A DNA stretch of 64,000 bases from an uncultured Chloroflexia bacterium (GTDB lineage Bacteria; Chloroflexota; Limnocylindria; Limnocylindrales; CSP1-4). Each line of letters begins with the position of its first letter. The first letter of the stretch is position 1. Below, in pieces: positions 58,024 through 64,000 of the stretch. The DNA is taken from assembly GCA_963775855.1 (NCBI GenBank), contig CAVZKO010000007.1, forward strand, positions 15,939 through 79,938, read 5' to 3'. The notes beneath the pieces were generated by a model. It was not told where the DNA came from. It worked only from the letters and a program-made list of their open reading frames with translations, and made no database searches. The position numbers were made by a program, and so were the translations under genes.

Positions 58024-60090
58024 ATGATCGGCGGCCGCCGCCCGCTACAAGGCCGGAAGCTGGCCGATCGACGCGTCCGGGTCGAGCGCCCGCACTCGCC
58101 GTACTTCCGCTATACCGGACCGAACCAGCTCGTCGCCAAGCCGGCGGCAAGTCAGCCGAAGACGCGCCTGGGCCGTGCGCTTGCCTCGGTCAAGTCCCTT
58201 GCCCTCGGCCGGCCGCTGGCGTCGGAAGAGGAGATCGGCGAGCGGCTGTCCAAGAAGCAGGCCCTCGCGATCTTCAGCTCGGATGCCATCAGCTCGTCGG
58301 CCTATGCGACCGAGGAGATCATCCGGGCGTTCATGCTCGTCGGGATCGGCACGGCCGCCCTCACCTACTCGCTGCCGATCAGCGTCGCCATCGCCGGGCT
58401 CCTCGCCATAGTTGCCTTCAGCTACCGCCAGATCTGCATCGCCTATCCCTCGGGCGGGGGCTCGTACTCGGTGGCGAAGGCGAACTTCGGCAAGATCGCC
58501 TCGCTCGTCGCGGCGTCGGCCCTGATGATCGACTACAGCCTGACCGTCGCTGTGTCGACCTCCTCCGCGGTCGAGCAGATCTCGTCCGCCGTGCCGGCCA
58601 TCGGGCCGATTTCCGTCTACGTCGGGGTCGGGGCGATCTTCCTGATCATGATCGGGAACCTGCGCGGCCTCCGGGAGTCGGGCAACATCTTCGCGATCCC
58701 GACCTACCTGTTCCTGGGCAGCGCCCTGCTGATGATCGGCATCGGCACGTTCAGGATCGTCGTCCTCGGCGAATCGCGTGTGCCGACGCCGGAGGAAGTC
58801 GCGGCCCTGGACACGACCACCCAGGCTGTCGGGATCCTCATCCTCCTGCGGGCCTTCGCCTCGGGCGCTGTCGCCCTGACCGGCACCGAAGCGATCGCAA
58901 CCGGCGTACCCGCATTCAAGCCGCCCGAATCGAAGAACGCGGCGACGACGTTGATGGCGATGGCCGGGATCCTCGCGGTCCTGTTCATCGGGATCACGTT
59001 CCTCGCGACGAACTTCGCGGTCTTCCCCATCGATGAGCCGGTGAAGAAGACCGTCGTGGCCCAGGTAGCCGGAATCGTCTACGGCGGCGATTCGATCGGC
59101 TTCTACCTGTTCCAGGCGTTCACGGCGTTGCTGCTGTTCCTCGCGGCGAACACCAGCTTCGCGGCCTTCCCGCGGCTCGCCGCGGTCCTTGCCACGGACG
59201 GCTTCATGCCGCGCCAGTTCTCGTACCGCGGCGATCGGCTCGCGTTCTCGGCCGGCATCATCATCCTCGCTCTCATCGCGATGGGCCTGATCGTCATCTT
59301 CGGCGGCCACACGCACGCCTTGATCCCGCTCTATGCCGTCGGCGTGTTCATCGACTTCACGATCAGCCAGTCCGGCATGGTCCGCCACTGGCTCCGCCAC
59401 AAGGTTCGGGGTTGGCGCTACCGGATCATGATCAACGCCGTAGGCGCCATCCTGACCGGCATCGTCGCGATCGTCGTGACGTCGGTGAAGTTCGTCGACG
59501 GCGCATACCTCGTGATCATCCTCATTCCTGTCCTCGTCTCGATCATGTACTTCATCAACCGCCAGTACAGCGCCTCGCGGCGCGAGCTGCGGGTCCGCGA
59601 CGACATCGTCTTCCAGGCTCCCCACCGCGAGGAGCGAGTCGTCGTGCCGATCCCCGGCATGAACCGGGCGGTGGTCCAGGCGGTCAATGTCGCGCGCTCG
59701 ATCGCCGACGACGTCCGGGCCGTCTTCATCACCGACGAGCCGGAGGACGCGGAGGCGCTCCGCAAGCAATGGGAGCGCCAGATGCCCGGCGTGCCCCTCG
59801 TCGTCGTCGAGTCGCCGTATCGGGCGCTTGTGGGGCCCCTCGAGGCGTACCTCGACGTCCTCGATGCAGCGTGGCCGCCCGACAAGGAGGCTCCGGTCAC
59901 GTTCGTGGTGCTGCCGGAATACGTCGCCCGCCGATGGTGGGAGCGGATCCTCTACAACCAGTCCGTCAAGCGCCTCCGGAGCTCGCTGCTGGGGCGGCCC
60001 CACACGGTCGTCGTCAACGTGCCCTACCGCCGGGAGGACCTGTCGGCCGACGATCGGCCCGATCCGGGAACGATGCCGACGAGGAAATGA
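58024..60090 (+). CDS. kimA: KimA/YdaO-type APC-fold K+/H+ symporter
   Basis: FSSDAISSSAYATEE, YPSGGGSY, MIDYSLTVAVS, NLRGLRESG, ALTGTEAI, cytoplasmic tail VESPYR...LYNQ. Confidence 0.88.
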   Translation: MIGGRRPLQGRKLADRRVRVERPHSPYFRYTGPNQLVAKPAASQPKTRLGRALASVKSLALGRPLASEEEIGERLSKKQALAIFSSDAISSSAYATEEIIRAFMLVGIGTAALTYSLPISVAIAGLLAIVAFSYRQICIAYPSGGGSYSVAKANFGKIASLVAASALMIDYSLTVAVSTSSAVEQISSAVPAIGPISVYVGVGAIFLIMIGNLRGLRESGNIFAIPTYLFLGSALLMIGIGTFRIVVLGESRVPTPEEVAALDTTTQAVGILILLRAFASGAVALTGTEAIATGVPAFKPPESKNAATTLMAMAGILAVLFIGITFLATNFAVFPIDEPVKKTVVAQVAGIVYGGDSIGFYLFQAFTALLLFLAANTSFAAFPRLAAVLATDGFMPRQFSYRGDRLAFSAGIIILALIAMGLIVIFGGHTHALIPLYAVGVFIDFTISQSGMVRHWLRHKVRGWRYRIMINAVGAILTGIVAIVVTSVKFVDGAYLVIILIPVLVSIMYFINRQYSASRRELRVRDDIVFQAPHREERVVVPIPGMNRAVVQAVNVARSIADDVRAVFITDEPEDAEALRKQWERQMPGVPLVVVESPYRALVGPLEAYLDVLDAAWPPDKEAPVTFVVLPEYVARRWWERILYNQSVKRLRSSLLGRPHTVVVNVPYRREDLSADDRPDPGTMPTRK

Positions 60091-60114
60091 CCTCGCGGTG
60101 GTATCGTTCCGGCC

Positions 60115-60579
60115 GTGCCCGAGGCCCAGACTCCCCCGTTCACCCGCGTGGTGATCGCCTTGAGCGGCGGTTCGAGCGACGCCAGAATCGTGCGGCTCGC
60201 GACCGCCCTCGCCAGCGCAAAGGGCGGCAACGTCGAGCTGATTGCGGTCCATGTCGTCGAGATCGACTGGACACTACCGCTCGACGCCGACGTAGCCGGC
60301 CAATCGGAGGAGGCGCAGCGGGTCCTCGACGCAGCGGAATCCGTCGCCGAGGCAGCGAAGGGACGCTTGGAGCCGGTGCTCCTCCAGGCGAGGGACGTCG
60401 GCGCGGCGCTCGTCGACGAGGCGAGCGAACGGGGAGCGGACCTCCTTGTTGCCGGCCTTCCATATCGCAAGCGGTTCGGGGGCGACTTCGCCATCGGGCG
60501 AACCATTCCATACGTCCTGAAAAACGCCCCCTGTGCAGTCTGGGTCGTGCGCGAGCCGATACCCGAGGAGAACACGTGA
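60115..60579 (+). CDS. Universal stress protein
   Basis: VVIALSGG, AVHVVE, GADLLVAG, VLKNAPCAVWVVR. Confidence 0.88.
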   Translation: MPEAQTPPFTRVVIALSGGSSDARIVRLATALASAKGGNVELIAVHVVEIDWTLPLDADVAGQSEEAQRVLDAAESVAEAAKGRLEPVLLQARDVGAALVDEASERGADLLVAGLPYRKRFGGDFAIGRTIPYVLKNAPCAVWVVREPIPEENT

Positions 60580-61100
60580 AGACAGTGATCGTCGGTTGTG
60601 GCCGCGTCGGCGCGGTCCTCGCCGACTCGTTCGACCGGGCGGGCCACGAGGTCATCGTGATCGATCCGTCGACGCGAGCCTTCGATCGGCTGCCGTCGAC
60701 ATTCGGTGGCAACGCACTCCGCGGCGACGGCACTGATGAGGACACCCTCCGCCGCGCCGGCGCCGAGGACGCCGACATCTTCATCTCGATGACGGAAGGC
60801 GACAACCGCAACGTGATGGCCGCGCAGGTCGCCCTCGAGGCTCTCGGGGCCAAGCGCGTGATTGCCAAGATCAACGACCCGGTTCGGGCGGAGGCGTACG
60901 CCGACCTCGGCATCGCGACGCTCTGCCGGACGACGATGATGGCGGATGCGGTTGCGGCGTACCTCGACATGCCCGTCAGTGGCAGAACCGGGATCCTCCC
61001 ACCGACGGGCAGCCATCCCGGCGGGGAGGATCATCACGAACCGATCCAGGACGAGGCCCCCTCGACGGGCTCGGCCATCGGATCGGCGCAGGAGGCCTGA
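60576..61100 (+). CDS. trkA: TrkA/KtrA-type RCK_N-only protein
   Basis: IVGCGRVG Rossmann motif, GDGTD, TEGDNRN, IAKINDP; no RCK_C. Confidence 0.88.
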   Translation: MKTVIVGCGRVGAVLADSFDRAGHEVIVIDPSTRAFDRLPSTFGGNALRGDGTDEDTLRRAGAEDADIFISMTEGDNRNVMAAQVALEALGAKRVIAKINDPVRAEAYADLGIATLCRTTMMADAVAAYLDMPVSGRTGILPPTGSHPGGEDHHEPIQDEAPSTGSAIGSAQEA

Positions 61101-61102
61101 CG

Positions 61103-61783
61103 ATGTTCGTTCTCGTCGTCGGCGGCGGCAAGGTCGGCTACTACCTGACCAAGGAGCTCATCGAGTCCGGCCACGAGGTGGTCCTCATGGAGAAGGACCG
61201 GGCCAGATCCGACCAGATCGCCGACGAGATCGGCTCGGTCGTGATCCCTCATGACGGCTGCGAGGGCAAATACCTCGGCGAGGCCGGCTGCAACCGGGCC
61301 GACATCGTCGCGGCCGTCACCGGCGACGATGAGGACAACCTCGTCATCTGCCAGATGGCCAAGCACCATTTCGACGTGCCGCGGACGATCGCCCGCGTCA
61401 ACAACCCCAAGAACGAGCAGCTCTTCAAACATCTCGGCGTCGACGAGATCATCAGCCCGACCAGGATGATCCTCGGCTCGATCGAGCAGGACATCCCGGT
61501 CCACGAGCTCCTCCACCTGGCGGCGCTCGGTGAGGGCGAGCTCGAGCTGATCGAGGCCCACCTGCAGGTCGGTTCGCCGGCGATCGGTCGGGCTCCCCAG
61601 GACCTACACATCCCTGATGGCTGCTCCCTGTTCGCGGTGATCCGCGACGGAATCGCCAACCCGCTTCGCCCGGACACGATTCTCAAGGAGGGCGACAAGG
61701 TCATCGCGATCGGGCGGACGGAGTGCGAGGCCCTCCTACACGAGCAGCTGATCGGCGACGTGGAGGGCGCTGCCGCCGGCTGA
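61103..61783 (+). CDS. trkA: TrkA-type RCK_N + RCK_C protein
   Basis: VVGGGKVG, TGDDEDNL, IARVNNPKN; RCK_C SPAIGR...VIRDG...P.PDTILKEGDKV. Confidence 0.92.
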   Translation: MFVLVVGGGKVGYYLTKELIESGHEVVLMEKDRARSDQIADEIGSVVIPHDGCEGKYLGEAGCNRADIVAAVTGDDEDNLVICQMAKHHFDVPRTIARVNNPKNEQLFKHLGVDEIISPTRMILGSIEQDIPVHELLHLAALGEGELELIEAHLQVGSPAIGRAPQDLHIPDGCSLFAVIRDGIANPLRPDTILKEGDKVIAIGRTECEALLHEQLIGDVEGAAAG

Positions 61784-61805
61784 CCGGACCTGCCGCCGCA
61801 ACTGT

Positions 61806-61836
61806 CTTGACAACGCCATTGTCAAGGTTCTATGAT
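61806..61836 (+). promoter_or_regulatory. HAIR-like inverted repeat over the hspR-lon promoter
   Basis: CTTGACA-N7-TGTCAAG (61806-61826) containing the -35 TTGACA; -10 TATGAT at 61831. Confidence 0.8.
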
Positions 61837-61890
61837 CCGCTCATGCCCGGAATGATGGGCAAGCGGTCATCGGAAAACAGGGTTTGACAG

Positions 61891-62256
61891 ATGGGGTTTG
61901 GGCAGGGCGAGCGTGATCCGCGGCGACCGGTATACGTCATCAGCGTCGCCGCCGGAATTGTCTCTGTGCATCCGCGGACACTGCGGATCTACGAGGATGA
62001 GGGTTTGCTGTGCCCCGCTCGCACTCCGACGAATATCCGCCTCTACAGCGACGAGGACATTCGGCGAATCGAGTGGATCAGGCATCTGACCCGGGATCGT
62101 GGGGTCAACCTGGCCGGTATCAAGATCCTGTTCGAGCTCGAGGAGCGCCTCGGCAAACGGATCCTCGAGGCGCTCTATGACGAAGGGATGCGGAATCGGC
62201 GGGCCGCCGATGCGTCGGCCGCCGCCGCAGCCGAACCGGAAACAGGCACCGCGTGA
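61891..62256 (+). CDS. hspR: MerR-family heat-shock repressor HspR
   Basis: PVYVISVAA...HPRTLRIYE.EGL..P.RT....RLYS..DI...I..LT...GVNLAGIK. Confidence 0.85.
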   Translation: MGFGQGERDPRRPVYVISVAAGIVSVHPRTLRIYEDEGLLCPARTPTNIRLYSDEDIRRIEWIRHLTRDRGVNLAGIKILFELEERLGKRILEALYDEGMRNRRAADASAAAAAEPETGTA

Positions 62257-62337
62257 GCAACACCTAATGGAATCACCTACTTCACGGCGGGCTGTCCGCC
62301 AGCCATCATTCACCTTCACCTCGACAGGAGACACCTG

Positions 62338-64000
62338 ATGCCGAAGCGTCCGCCCACCTCGGACGAAATCCCCACAGCCAAGGGGCCGAAGACGATCGAG
62401 CTGCCGCTCGTCGCGCTCCGCGAAACCGTCATTTTCCCCGAGATGATCGTGCCCCTCCAGGTCGGCCGCGAGAAGAGCGTCAACGCACTCAACGCCGCGG
62501 TTGCCGACGGCGGGCCGATTGCCCTCGTCACCCAGCGCCACGCGGAGCAGGAGGACATCAACGACACCTCCGAGCTCTACGAGGTCGGCACGCTCGCCAA
62601 GATCGCCCAGGTCGTGCAGCTCCAGGACGGCACCGTCCGGGCGATCGTCCAGGGCCAGTCGCGGCTCAAGCTGCATCGGTTCTCGGCGACCGAGCCGTAT
62701 CTCCGCGGCGTCGTCGAGGAGGTCTCGGACGACACGCCGGCCGGACTCGAGGTCCAGGCGCTGATGCGCACGGTCCAGGCCCAGATCGAGCAGTACGTCG
62801 CAAACGGCGCTCCGGTCCCGCCGGAGGCGGCGGTCGCCGCGCGGAACATCACCGAGCCGGGCCTCCTCGCCGACATGGTCGCCTACAGCCCGGACATGAC
62901 CACCGAGCAGCGCCAGGAGATGCTCGAGACGATCGACGTGGTCGAGCGGCTCAAGCTCGTTTCCAACTTCCTCGCTCGCCAGATCGAGATTCTCGAGCTG
63001 AAGGGCCGGATCCAGTCCGAGGTCAAGTCCGAGATGGACAAGACCCAGCGCGAGTACATCCTCCGCGAGCAGCTCAAGGCCATCCAGCGTGAGCTCGGCG
63101 AGGACGACCCGCAGCAGGCCGAGATCAACGAACTGCGCGACAAGGTCGAGCAGGCGGGCATGCCCGAGGAGATCAAGACCCGGGCGATCAAGGAAATCGA
63201 CCGCATGGCGCGGATCCCGTCGGCCTCGCCCGAGGTTGGCGTCATTCGGACCTACGTCGACTGGTTGATCGGTCTGCCGTGGAACGTCGCAACGAGCGAC
63301 CTCCTCGACATCAAGGAAGCGGCCAAGATCCTCGACGAGGACCACTACGGCCTCGAGAAGGTCAAGGAGCGCATCCTCGAATACCTCGCCGTGCGAACCC
63401 TCGCCGACGAGATCCGCAGCCCCATCCTCGCCTTCGTCGGCCCGCCCGGCGTCGGCAAGACATCGCTCGGCAAGAGCATCGCCCGAGCGATGGGCCGCAA
63501 GTTCGTCCGGATGAGCCTCGGCGGCATCCACGACGAGGCCGAGATCCGGGGCCACCGCCGGACCTACATCGGCGCCCTGCCCGGCCGAATCATCCAGAGC
63601 ATCAAGACCGCGGGTTCGAACAACCCGGTCTTCATGCTCGACGAGGTCGACAAGATCGGGATGGACTTCCGGGGCGACCCGTCGTCGGCCCTGCTGGAGG
63701 TCCTCGACCCGGAGCAGAACAACACCTTCCAGGACAACTACCTCGAGGTGCCGTTCGACCTGAGCAAGGTCCTCTTCGTCGCCACGGCGAACCTGCTCGA
63801 TCCGATCCCGGCCGCCCTGCGCGACCGGATGGAGATCATCCATCTGCCCGGCTATACGGAGCAGGAGAAGATCGAGATCGGCAAGCGCTTCCTGATCCCG
63901 AAGCAGATGAAGAATCACGGCCTCACCGAGAAGCGAATCGAGATCACCGCCGAGGCGATGACGGAGCTCGTCCGGTCCTACACCAAGGAAGCCGGCGTCC
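62338..64000 (+). CDS. lon: ATP-dependent Lon protease (3' truncated by window)
   Basis: [84 protein letters not shown]. Confidence 0.97.
   Translation, partial: MPKRPPTSDEIPTAKGPKTIELPLVALRETVIFPEMIVPLQVGREKSVNALNAAVADGGPIALVTQRHAEQEDINDTSELYEVGTLAKIAQVVQLQDGTVRAIVQGQSRLKLHRFSATEPYLRGVVEEVSDDTPAGLEVQALMRTVQAQIEQYVANGAPVPPEAAVAARNITEPGLLADMVAYSPDMTTEQRQEMLETIDVVERLKLVSNFLARQIEILELKGRIQSEVKSEMDKTQREYILREQLKAIQRELGEDDPQQAEINELRDKVEQAGMPEEIKTRAIKEIDRMARIPSASPEVGVIRTYVDWLIGLPWNVATSDLLDIKEAAKILDEDHYGLEKVKERILEYLAVRTLADEIRSPILAFVGPPGVGKTSLGKSIARAMGRKFVRMSLGGIHDEAEIRGHRRTYIGALPGRIIQSIKTAGSNNPVFMLDEVDKIGMDFRGDPSSALLEVLDPEQNNTFQDNYLEVPFDLSKVLFVATANLLDPIPAALRDRMEIIHLPGYTEQEKIEIGKRFLIPKQMKNHGLTEKRIEITAEAMTELVRSYTKEAGV

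Noticed and set aside
58045-63918. Long antisense ORFs (735 aa, 683 aa and similar elsewhere)
   Set aside because: Shadow ORFs expected opposite high-GC3 genes (kimA, lon); no recognisable motifs
1-64000. CRISPR arrays, tRNA/rRNA genes, IS elements, integrases, prophage genes, programmed frameshifts or Sec recoding
   Set aside because: No regularly spaced repeats or hallmark motifs seen by eye; frameshifts also hit core genes (holB, livK), consistent with sequencing indels

Overview
High-GC (~70%) bacterial chromosome segment. Gene content and order (hspR-lon, rsmG-kimA-usp-trkA-trkA, F420-type LLM oxidoreductase, ECF56/SigG-like sigma) suggest a Chloroflexota (Limnocylindria-like) or actinobacteria-like soil or aquatic organism; this is inference. 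Many genes carry single-base frameshifts typical of an unpolished long-read assembly, with extreme density in 5.0-10.0 kb. The left ~16 kb is a plastic island of ion and acid-stress membrane genes (ZIP, ClC, Kv-type K+ channel, BASS, TRIC, HdeD, SHOCT, Vps62-like) plus a sulfatase-MFS block and several gene remnants. The 16-38 kb region holds signalling genes (cupin-adenylate cyclase, PAS-GGDEF-EAL with CHRD-like and cupredoxin genes), detoxification/redox genes, an ECF sigma-STAS pair and a large secreted amylopullulanase. The 38-64 kb region is core-like: amidohydrolase, acyl-ACP thioesterase, acyP, holB, NYN protein, livKHMGF, hpt, csoR, histidine kinase, rsmG, kimA-usp-trkA-trkA, hspR and a partial lon. 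Most notable observations: (1) a SagB/ThcOx nitroreductase fused to a bis-His two-helix membrane domain with an internal twin-arginine motif, a candidate Sec/Tat dual-targeted heme-to-flavin electron conduit; (2) three identically spaced CGATGA-N18-GTCTA promoters defining a local ECF56-type regulon with a convergent STAS anti-sigma candidate; (3) a LivG ATPase with an inserted two-TM hairpin; (4) an NYN nuclease with an RNase E-like disordered scaffold; (5) two uncharacterised PD-(D/E)XK-like proteins in housekeeping operons; (6) several readable operators (MerR, TetR, CsoR, a variant HAIR, DnaA boxes). No rRNA, tRNA, CRISPR array, transposase or integrase was seen.
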